64,000 nucleotides of DNA from a virus (lineage: Duplodnaviria; Caudoviricetes): IMG/VR virus record IMGVR_UViG_2852501635_000002, positions 1 to 64,000 of that record; one strand, given 5' to 3'. Positions 50,424 to 57,978 of this stretch are shown here, in pieces. The position numbers were made by a program, and so were the translations under genes. Within the stretch, counting starts at the first letter, position 1; every line of letters begins with the position of its first letter. The notes beneath the pieces were generated by a model. The model was not told where the DNA came from and made no database searches. It saw only the letters and a list, made by a program, of their open reading frames with translations.

Positions 50424-50474
50424 TGGGGGCATAATTGGGGGCATTATCCCGTTCAATGAAAATTGGTGCCCCCA
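50424..50474. repeat. Putative arm-type sites of the satellite integrase
   Basis: TGGGGGCAT x2 plus inverted TGCCCCCA. Confidence 0.65.
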
Positions 50475-50475
50475 G

Positions 50476-51687
50476 ATGAAGCTAACAGCCAGACAAGTAG
50501 AGACTTCCAAGCCAAAAGAGAAAGCTTATAAACTTTCTGACGGAGGGGGCATGTATTTAGAAGTTGCTCCGAATGGTTCTAAGTATTGGCGTATGAAATA
50601 TAGATATGCTGGTAAAGAGAAAAGGCTGGCTTTAGGTGTATACCCATCAATATCACTCGCACAAGCTAGGGCGAAGAGAGAAGAAGCCAAGCGCATATTA
50701 GCGTTAGGTGATGATCCATCTTTAGTGAAGAAAGCAGAAAAGAGAGAGAAAGAATCTCAAGTAAATAATAGCTTTGAAAAAATTACGCTTGAATGGCATG
50801 ACTATAAAAAGCCGAATTGGTCAAAAGGTTATGCGGATGATTTACTAGAAGCCTTCCAGAAAGATATCTTTCCTTATATTGGTAAAGTTAGCATTACAGA
50901 AATTAAACCGTTAGATATGTTAGAAGTGCTTCGGAAGTTAGAAAAACGCGGTGTGTTGGATAAGCTTAAAAAGATAAGGCAGGCATGTAACCAAGTATTC
51001 CGCTATGCAATTGTGACAGGACGGGCTGAGTATAATCCCGCATCAGAATTAGCCGGCGCACTGTCTACTCCAAAAGCTAAGCATTTTCCTCACTTAAATG
51101 TGAATGAGTTACCTGAGTTTTTACAGGCACTATCTGTATGTAGTGGAAGTAAGATCACTCAGATTGCGACAAAGCTATTAATGATAACAGGCGTTCGTAC
51201 TATTGAGCTTAGAGCTGCTGAATGGTCAGAAATTGATTTTGATAAAGCTATTTGGGAAATTCCAAAAGAACGTATGAAAATGCGTCGCCCTCACATGGTG
51301 CCATTATCTACACAGGCCTTAGAATTATTCAAAGAAATACAAACCATAACAGGAAAGTTTAAGTATATCTTTCATGGTAGGAATGATGCTTCTAAACCAA
51401 TGAGTGAAGCGGCCATAAATCAGGTTATCAAGCGTATTGGTTATGATGGTAGAGCCACAGGTCACGGATTCAGACATACAATGAGCACCATCCTGCACGA
51501 ACAAGGCTATAACACTGCATGGATTGAGACTCAACTTGCACACGTTGATAAAAACTCTATTCGTGGAACGTATAACCATGCTCAGTATATTGATGGCCGT
51601 AGAGAAATGCTTCAATGGTACGCTGATTATATGGATACTTTAGAGAGCGGGGATAATGTTGTCCACGGTAACTTTAAACGTGCTTAA
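50476..51687 (+). CDS. int: P4/IntA-family tyrosine integrase
   Basis: YKLSDGGGMYL; LALGVYP; HGFRH; QLAH; YNHA. Confidence 0.95.
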   Translation: MKLTARQVETSKPKEKAYKLSDGGGMYLEVAPNGSKYWRMKYRYAGKEKRLALGVYPSISLAQARAKREEAKRILALGDDPSLVKKAEKREKESQVNNSFEKITLEWHDYKKPNWSKGYADDLLEAFQKDIFPYIGKVSITEIKPLDMLEVLRKLEKRGVLDKLKKIRQACNQVFRYAIVTGRAEYNPASELAGALSTPKAKHFPHLNVNELPEFLQALSVCSGSKITQIATKLLMITGVRTIELRAAEWSEIDFDKAIWEIPKERMKMRRPHMVPLSTQALELFKEIQTITGKFKYIFHGRNDASKPMSEAAINQVIKRIGYDGRATGHGFRHTMSTILHEQGYNTAWIETQLAHVDKNSIRGTYNHAQYIDGRREMLQWYADYMDTLESGDNVVHGNFKRA

Positions 51688-51708
51688 CCCACCAGCAGAC
51701 ACATACAG

Positions 51709-51738
51709 AACCAGACAATAAAAGGTCTGGTTTTTTTG
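51709..51738 (+). terminator. Terminator after the satellite int
   Basis: ACCAGAC/GTCTGGT stem plus U-tract. Confidence 0.75.
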
Positions 51739-51899
51739 TACCGAGAAAGGGCATTAATAATATTTAATCATTAAATGTATGATGTGGCTGAATTCTAACT
51801 AAGATGAGAAAAATCTTAATATACGCTTAAGAGTACACCCTAGTAGACGACAATAGACTATGCGAAGATGTGATAAATAAAACTGTTCGTTTCTTAAGC

Positions 51900-51928
51900 T
51901 TGACTGTTCATTATTACAGTATAATATA
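51900..51928 (+). promoter_or_regulatory. Sigma70 promoter upstream of the boxA array
   Basis: TTGACT-17-TAATAT. Confidence 0.6.
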
Positions 51929-51961
51929 CCTAGTAGTACCGCAGTAGATCATTGTGGACTT

Positions 51962-52710
51962 CGCTCTTTAACACCTCTGCGCTGAAAAACGCGATATGTT
52001 CTTTAACAACGATGATGGCGAGCTGTGTGTTAGTCATCAGAACGGTGGCGCTGATAAAGCGACCAATGCTCTTTTACAAATTCGGGTATGCCCAGAGTAA
52101 ATTCTCAGGGACAATCTGTCACGGTGGCGCTCTTGAAGCGCTGATATATGAATTTTTATCTGATTAGTAGCAGAACCAGCTTGTAACAAATAAGGAACGC
52201 TCAGAGCAATTTCTCCGAGCATATAAGTTTTATTGATAATCTTTATATTAGATTATCAGCTCTTTAAAATATGGATTCCCCCTTGGGTTGTCTTGAGGGG
52301 GCTAATGATAACCTCATTAGCATGTTGATGACTTCTCAACATAAATAATATTTGTAGCAAAATATGTACTGATAGCTACTTGTTCTTTAAAAACTGACCT
52401 GCGCTCCTTGCAAATGGGAGCTTTTAGTAAACAACTTAATGATTTTGTTCTGTTTACTAAATATATGTAGTTCAGGTCGTTAATGGCAATCAGCTAAATT
52501 GAATAATATAATTGTAACTATTCAAATTAGTAAATTGTTCTTTGAAATTTAAGTCTCCGCCTTTGTGGAGTGTAGTTCTGTTCTTTAAAACTTATTTCGC
52601 TCCTGCATCAGGAGCAAAGCTCATATCTATATCAATGGAAATATTATCTTATCAAATATTCATTAATTATAGTTATGTTCTTTTCAAGGCTCTATGCACA
52701 GGCAGTGAGC
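51962..52710 (+). ncRNA. Structured non-coding leader with an array of boxA motifs and hairpins (nut-like sites)
   Basis: boxA-like 12-mers at 51962, 51997, 52067, 52258, 52381, 52536, 52579 and 52676, all on + strand, interleaved with stem-loops. Confidence 0.7.
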
Positions 52711-52802
52711 ACAAATCAGTTTATTATTGAGATTGTTTTATTTTAAACAACAAGCCCCCACTCAAAAAACACCTTAAAATATAAACCATAATATGCGTTA
52801 TT

Positions 52803-52832
52803 AACCTTATACATTTATGTATAGGGTTTTTT
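52803..52832 (+). terminator. Terminator-like hairpin just upstream of alpA
   Basis: AACCTTATACA-TTTA-TGTATAGGGTT followed by TTTT. Confidence 0.55.
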
Positions 52833-52867
52833 CGCATGTCTTTTCATATCACATTAAGGAAAATACT

Positions 52868-53065
52868 ATGAATAATCTGATTAGGCTTTCAGAGGTTTTG
52901 CGACGCACAGGTTACAGCAAAGCTTGGATTTATAGACTAATTAAAGAAAATGACTTTCCTAAACAAGTCAAAATAGGAGCTCGTTCTATTGCTTTTGTTG
53001 AATCAGAAGTAGATGAATGGATTGCTAATAAGATTGCTGAATCACGTTCTGGTGAGGTGGCATAA
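52868..53065 (+). CDS. alpA: AlpA family regulator
   Basis: LIRLSEVLRRTGYSKAWIY...FPKQVKIG...ESEVDEWI. Confidence 0.95.
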   Translation: MNNLIRLSEVLRRTGYSKAWIYRLIKENDFPKQVKIGARSIAFVESEVDEWIANKIAESRSGEVA

Positions 53066-53460
53066 TGAAAAAGAAAAACCACCCATCACAGGTGGCTTCT
53101 CAGAATAACGTAGCGTCGTCTATTCTATCAAAGAACCCACCTAAAAAACACCGTGCCCGTTTATATATGTTAGGTACTGGCATTAATGGCTTTACCGAGA
53201 ATGAAATATTAATTCATTGCCGTTTATCGTCAGGCCGTAATTACCCAAATGAATTAGAGCGTTTATTGAATATCGAACTAGAACGCATTGATGAGCCTAA
53301 TCCTGATGGTATCGGATCACATTATCGTTACCGCTTTAAAACGGCTCAAGATGTGCAGAAGGTTATTAACTTAATAAATAAACGTGCTGAACAAGGTAAT
53401 TACCAACCCATAGATAACGCACTCATAAATAATATTTTAAGCCTGTACCCGACAAAATAA
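53065..53460 (+). CDS. Hypothetical protein (possible wHTH)
   Basis: Coupled to alpA; LSSGRNY. Confidence 0.7.
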   Translation: MKKKNHPSQVASQNNVASSILSKNPPKKHRARLYMLGTGINGFTENEILIHCRLSSGRNYPNELERLLNIELERIDEPNPDGIGSHYRYRFKTAQDVQKVINLINKRAEQGNYQPIDNALINNILSLYPTK

Positions 53461-53472
53461 CGGAATAAAAAA

Positions 53473-54306
53473 ATGAAACTAAAAAATAACAGCTTAAATG
53501 CTGGTGGATTCGCTCACCCTGAAAACCACTCTAGCGATATTAAGGAATTATCTTTTGCTGAAATGCTGCCAGTAATTCAGGGAAATATTAACGGGCAGAT
53601 TATTAATGCAGTAAGTGCCAAAGCATTACACGAAGCATTAAGTGTAGGTCGTGATTTTTCTACTTGGATTATTGGCCGTGTTAATGAATACGCTTTTGTG
53701 GAAGGAACGGATTATCAATCAGATGATGACTTTAATATTCGCTGCTTACTTAATGAACAATATTCCCCCGTTTTGGGGAATAATACAAAACGTGGTCGCC
53801 CTGAAAAGGATTACTTATTAACGCTAGGCATGGCTAAAGAATTGGCAATGGTTGAACGTACCGAAAAAGGGCGCTTAATCCGGCAATACTTTATCAAGTG
53901 TGAGGAAGCTCTACACAAAGTCGCGCCAACAATCACTAAGCAGTTACGGCATCAACTTAAATCACGCCTCAAAGTGGCTAGTTACTTTAAGCCGATGTGT
54001 TCAGCGTTAGAGCTAGCACGTATGGAGCAAGGCAAAAGCACACTACCGCACCACTACACAACTGAGTCAAACATGCTTAACCGAATTGTGTTAGGTGGAC
54101 TCACTGCCAAAGCATGGGCGAAGCAGAACGGCATTATTGGCAATCCCCGTGATGCTATGAGCGAAACCCAATTAGAGCACCTTTCATACCTTGAGCAGAC
54201 GAATACAACGCTAATTGAATTAGGCATGGACTATCACGCACGCAAGGACAAGTTAATCAGTCTATCTCAAAAGTGGTTAGCGCAACGTGTAGAGGTGGCG
54301 CAATGA
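53473..54306 (+). CDS. AntA/AntB-domain antirepressor-like protein
   Basis: VSAKALHEAL..GRDFSTWI; MAKELAMVE...IRQYFI. Confidence 0.85.
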   Translation: MKLKNNSLNAGGFAHPENHSSDIKELSFAEMLPVIQGNINGQIINAVSAKALHEALSVGRDFSTWIIGRVNEYAFVEGTDYQSDDDFNIRCLLNEQYSPVLGNNTKRGRPEKDYLLTLGMAKELAMVERTEKGRLIRQYFIKCEEALHKVAPTITKQLRHQLKSRLKVASYFKPMCSALELARMEQGKSTLPHHYTTESNMLNRIVLGGLTAKAWAKQNGIIGNPRDAMSETQLEHLSYLEQTNTTLIELGMDYHARKDKLISLSQKWLAQRVEVAQ

Positions 54307-55028
54307 TTACCCTATGTTCAATAAAGGATATTGCCTACCAAGTGAATAATTCTCTACTGGCAGGTAATAACGTAAGTTCAACTTACACCACGACTAATAC
54401 GGTAGCTTTAAACTATGGTATTACGGGCAGTCAATCAGCGAAAATTTACGCCAATCAATCAATCCTAACCACCGTTGGAGGATGGGATAACAGCGATAAC
54501 CTAAAACGTGGAGAATTTACACCATTTATTAAAGGTGATTTTTCTCACCTTTCTAAAGTCGGGAAATCTCGCTATTTATCGAGTGAAATTGAGTTTTTAC
54601 AGTCCATAAAAAAGGGCGGCCAATCGGCTACCCTTGGGAACGTCGATATTAAATACCGAGCAAGTGAGAACTATAAGAATAGTATTCATCTTGTTATCGG
54701 TAAAGATGACAACCTTGAGTTAATACAAAAATGTGCAATACATCACTTGCACTTATGGGTAATTGTTGGCTATAGTGATCAGGCACTAGCAAAATCTAGT
54801 GTCAGGATTGGCGTTCTGAATTTGTACAAGGCGACACATGACGCGCCTAGCGTCTTTTTTTGTGTCAATGCCTACGCACACCTATTAAATGCGGTATTAT
54901 ATCGCACCGAATCTATGGTGGCGGCAGCAGAGCAACCGAAAGGTTGGCTGGTTTCCTTGTACGCCAGTAACGCCAACTCTACTGTCGTCACCACCCCGAA
55001 ATTGGCGTTTCTGGTGGTGACTCCTTAG
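54303..55028 (+). CDS. Ash-family ORF overlapping the C4 RNA module
   Basis: APSVFF...SMVAAAEQPKGW pattern; may not be a real protein. Confidence 0.45.
   Translation: MITLCSIKDIAYQVNNSLLAGNNVSSTYTTTNTVALNYGITGSQSAKIYANQSILTTVGGWDNSDNLKRGEFTPFIKGDFSHLSKVGKSRYLSSEIEFLQSIKKGGQSATLGNVDIKYRASENYKNSIHLVIGKDDNLELIQKCAIHHLHLWVIVGYSDQALAKSSVRIGVLNLYKATHDAPSVFFCVNAYAHLLNAVLYRTESMVAAAEQPKGWLVSLYASNANSTVVTTPKLAFLVVTP
54915..54994 (+). ncRNA. c4: C4/P4-CI-like antisense RNA
   Basis: CCTTGTAC and AACGCCAA are complementary to GTACAAGG and TTGGCGTT, found both upstream (54808, 54824) and downstream (55002, 55033); promoter TTGCAC-18-TATAGT. Confidence 0.8.
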
Positions 55029-55051
55029 TATTGTACAAGGAGATCATCGTT

Positions 55052-55243
55052 ATGATGGCAACCCCTACCCAAACTCAATTCAAATTTTTGTTTCTGAGTA
55101 TTAAACGTTCAGATACAACTGCTAAGCCTTGCCGTATCACTATTACCGCACCGAATGAACACGATGCAAGACTGATGCTTGTACGTGATTATATCCTGTC
55201 ATTCGCTGGTCGCTTACCTGTTAAGGAGGTGGCTCATGCGTAA
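55052..55243 (+). CDS. icd: Icd-like host cell division inhibitor
   Basis: FLFL...A.NEHDAR..LVRDYILSFAGRLP. Confidence 0.85.
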   Translation: MMATPTQTQFKFLFLSIKRSDTTAKPCRITITAPNEHDARLMLVRDYILSFAGRLPVKEVAHA

Positions 55244-55409
55244 TCCTCAACCTAACGATTTCTACACGCATAAAAATAATAGCGAAACCGCCAAAGTTCT
55301 ATCGGTTCAATTCAACCGTGTGACCTTTCAGCGAGACGGCTTTGATAGTCCTGTCATTGTTCCATTAAGCCAGTTCAGCAACGAATACACCTATGCAGGG
55401 AGGGCTTAA
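55236..55409 (+). CDS. DUF4222-like protein
   Basis: RVTFQRDGF..P...PLSQF. Confidence 0.7.
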   Translation: MRNPQPNDFYTHKNNSETAKVLSVQFNRVTFQRDGFDSPVIVPLSQFSNEYTYAGRA

Positions 55410-55411
55410 TT

Positions 55412-55669
55412 ATGGGGCGTTATCCAGAAAACTATAAGCGTATTCAAGCCGAAATTTCGAACATGTTAGGCAATGACCTCCTTTTATCTTCAGAAGAACG
55501 TAGCCGTGACCGATTACTTAGGGTTCGAAAAGGTATGGCTCATATTCTTAGTGAAGTATTTCCTCTAATTGATGATCCCAAAAAACAAGAACTCTATTAC
55601 TGGTTGGAAGCCATTAGCCGTATCAGTGGCGCAGAAGCCGTAGACGCTAAATCGAAGGGGGAAGCATGA
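55412..55669 (+). CDS. Hypothetical protein
   Basis: Coupled ORF. Confidence 0.7.
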   Translation: MGRYPENYKRIQAEISNMLGNDLLLSSEERSRDRLLRVRKGMAHILSEVFPLIDDPKKQELYYWLEAISRISGAEAVDAKSKGEA

Positions 55670-55845
55670 GCAAACCTATTCCATTGGACATAGCTGCATA
55701 CAAGGCGCAGCAAAATAATTCATTACTTGCCGTTATCTTAGAGTTAGCAAGTAAAGATTGTTCGCGGGAGTTAATCGACCTCGTTTCTATTGCGTATGAC
55801 TTTAATGCGGAAATATGTGAATCCCTCGAGGAGGCGACCAAATGA
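55666..55845 (+). CDS. 59-aa hypothetical protein
   Basis: Manual translation; ATGA overlaps on both sides. Confidence 0.7.
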   Translation: MSKPIPLDIAAYKAQQNNSLLAVILELASKDCSRELIDLVSIAYDFNAEICESLEEATK

Positions 55846-56051
55846 AAACAATCAAATTAAATGTTGGTCACTTATCTACCTTGGAAGAAGTCGAACACAT
55901 CAACGAAGAACTTCAAGCGTTGTTAATCCCGCTGTTAACAGCTGTAGAGAATGAAGCTGAGACGGATACGCATTTTATGCTGAGAGCAGTCAACCGCTTA
56001 GTGTGTGCTCAAGGAAAAGAAATCACAAAGTTGGTGGAGGTGATGAAATGA
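55842..56051 (+). CDS. Hypothetical protein
   Basis: Coupled ORF. Confidence 0.7.
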   Translation: MKTIKLNVGHLSTLEEVEHINEELQALLIPLLTAVENEAETDTHFMLRAVNRLVCAQGKEITKLVEVMK

Positions 56052-56659
56052 GACAAGTCACTATCAATGCCACCAGCTTAAGTCCATTCATGTATCAAGG
56101 TAAGCGAGTTGTCACCTTTGCCATGATTGACGAGGTACACCAACGCCCAACAGGTGCGGCTAGAAAATCATTCAATGCTCACCGTCAATATTTTACTGAG
56201 GGTAAGGATTTTTACCGCCTAACTGGACAGGATTTAGAACTGTTTAAACTTTGCGCGTCCATAAAACGGACGCACAAATATTCACCCATTAGTGATAAAG
56301 CCCGAGAAGTAACACTGATTACTGAATCGGGATACTTGCTAACCGTGAAGCCATTTAATGATCCACTTTCTTGGCAGGTACAAAACCAGCTTATCGATGC
56401 ATATTTTCGACTGTCTGAATTCCCTGAATTACAGCACATCAACATACCCACACTGGCAGAACTTGAAGCCATGCCAATTGGTGAGGCTCAGAACTTGATT
56501 AGCCGCTTAGAGGCTGATTCTTATCAAGGGCACGGTAGGCGTGGCAGCTATGCCATGAACCTACGTCGCAAAGAGAAGAAAGCACTTAAACCAATGGTAA
56601 TCGCCATTGAGCAAGCCTCGCAGCTACACATTCAGGATATGGGAGATTATCGCTCATGA
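56048..56659 (+). CDS. ORF6N-domain protein
   Basis: RVVTFAMIDEVHQRP; FTEGKDFY; LITESGY. Confidence 0.85.
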   Translation: MRQVTINATSLSPFMYQGKRVVTFAMIDEVHQRPTGAARKSFNAHRQYFTEGKDFYRLTGQDLELFKLCASIKRTHKYSPISDKAREVTLITESGYLLTVKPFNDPLSWQVQNQLIDAYFRLSEFPELQHINIPTLAELEAMPIGEAQNLISRLEADSYQGHGRRGSYAMNLRRKEKKALKPMVIAIEQASQLHIQDMGDYRS

Positions 56660-56829
56660 GAACGTTTCTAATTGCAGGTTATGGCACAACACTAAAAGGC
56701 CTAACACTAGGCATTAACAAGCAAGTGATATCTGCCAGCCTAAAAGATGCTCAGTCACAAGTGGTGCGAGAGGCGCAACGTGACGGTTTAATTGATATCC
56801 GAATCAACTATGCGCGTGAGGTGAAGTAA
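56656..56829 (+). CDS. 57-aa hypothetical protein
   Basis: Manual translation; overlaps both neighbours. Confidence 0.65.
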   Translation: MRTFLIAGYGTTLKGLTLGINKQVISASLKDAQSQVVREAQRDGLIDIRINYAREVK

Positions 56830-57023
56830 TGACGCAAGAACAGAAACGTGAAATAGAGCAATTACTAGAACCGCACCAGTTAAAAGTATTAATGCTAATC
56901 ACCTTACTTTCTACGTGGTTGGAAGCAGAGGAATGCGATGAAACCAGAAACATGATCTGGGCTGTATTGACTGTTGTTTATTCAATTAGGGATGAAATGA
57001 ACGAAGCAGTAGAGGGTAAGTAA
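56829..57023 (+). CDS. Hypothetical protein
   Basis: Coupled ORF. Confidence 0.65.
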   Translation: MTQEQKREIEQLLEPHQLKVLMLITLLSTWLEAEECDETRNMIWAVLTVVYSIRDEMNEAVEGK

Positions 57024-57619
57024 TGAATATTTCTAATATTAACGCATTCGAACACAGTGAACAGGGTGTGATCCTCATTACTGAAGCAGCCAACCAAGAG
57101 GCTATCAGCTATACCGAAGCATTAGAGGTATTAAACGATGGTAGCTTTGATGGTGATCTGATTTTTGGCTTTGAATTGGTTTTAGCTATCTGCAAGGGAG
57201 AGTGTGACGGCTTTTTTAATCCAACTAATCAGCAGCGTGTGATCTTGTGGCGTTGGATTGTAGCCGCTTCGTTTGTCGCAGAGCAAGCAGACAATAACGG
57301 GACGCATCAAGTTGACAACGGCAGAGGTAAAACCATTACCGCCGCTATTTATCGCAACAAACATGCAACGTTAACCGTCTATGCCGCAAGCGAACGTATG
57401 TTACTAGCTAATCACATTGAGGGCGCTGCTTATGAGCACTATGGGGCAGAGAATGGCGCAATTATGGCAGTAAAGATATATAGGGATTTTATCAATCTTG
57501 AGCCTAAACGCGGTTGCCGACTATCAGAACGAGGGCGTGAGGGGTTATCTGTTCTTCATGATGATCTAATTAGGGCGATAGAAGATGGTGAATTTAGCGA
57601 CACCGTAACCATTCATTAA
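57023..57619 (+). CDS. Satellite hypothetical protein
   Basis: 198 aa; LSERGREGLSVLHD motif. Confidence 0.7.
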   Translation: MNISNINAFEHSEQGVILITEAANQEAISYTEALEVLNDGSFDGDLIFGFELVLAICKGECDGFFNPTNQQRVILWRWIVAASFVAEQADNNGTHQVDNGRGKTITAAIYRNKHATLTVYAASERMLLANHIEGAAYEHYGAENGAIMAVKIYRDFINLEPKRGCRLSERGREGLSVLHDDLIRAIEDGEFSDTVTIH

Positions 57620-57633
57620 AAGGACGCAATGAC

Positions 57634-57978
57634 ATGATAACGAAGAATTTTAAAGTTAATTCACTAGCGAATAGCTACGCAGCTGCTATTTACCACGATA
57701 TTACCACACGTAATGGCGGTGATTGGTTTTCGATGAAGGTAGGCAACAAAACGATTGAAGTTGCCATTATTGACGGTGTGAAAGGTATTCGAATGCTCGT
57801 TGATAGCTATTTGCTGAAAGCCTTAAAAGGGCAATATCCCACATGGGAGGCAGTTGCTATTGGCTTGATAGAGCAATGTGTCATTAATGGATATGTCACA
57901 GGTTATGGTCGAGAGGTGTGGCAAAGCATGATTAATGATATGGGCGACTCTTTCGCTGATAAGGGGGCGTTTCAATGA
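57634..57978 (+). CDS. Hypothetical protein upstream of the primase
   Basis: Coupled ORF. Confidence 0.7.
   Translation: MITKNFKVNSLANSYAAAIYHDITTRNGGDWFSMKVGNKTIEVAIIDGVKGIRMLVDSYLLKALKGQYPTWEAVAIGLIEQCVINGYVTGYGREVWQSMINDMGDSFADKGAFQ

Noticed and set aside
51962-52710. CRISPR-like repeat-spacer array
   Set aside because: The recurring word is a degenerate 11-12-nt boxA with spacing from 35 to about 190 nt.
51952-52730. Short ORFs 51952-52167, 52037-52222 and 52542-52730 as genes
   Set aside because: Weak starts, no RBS or motifs, and they overlie dense RNA structure.
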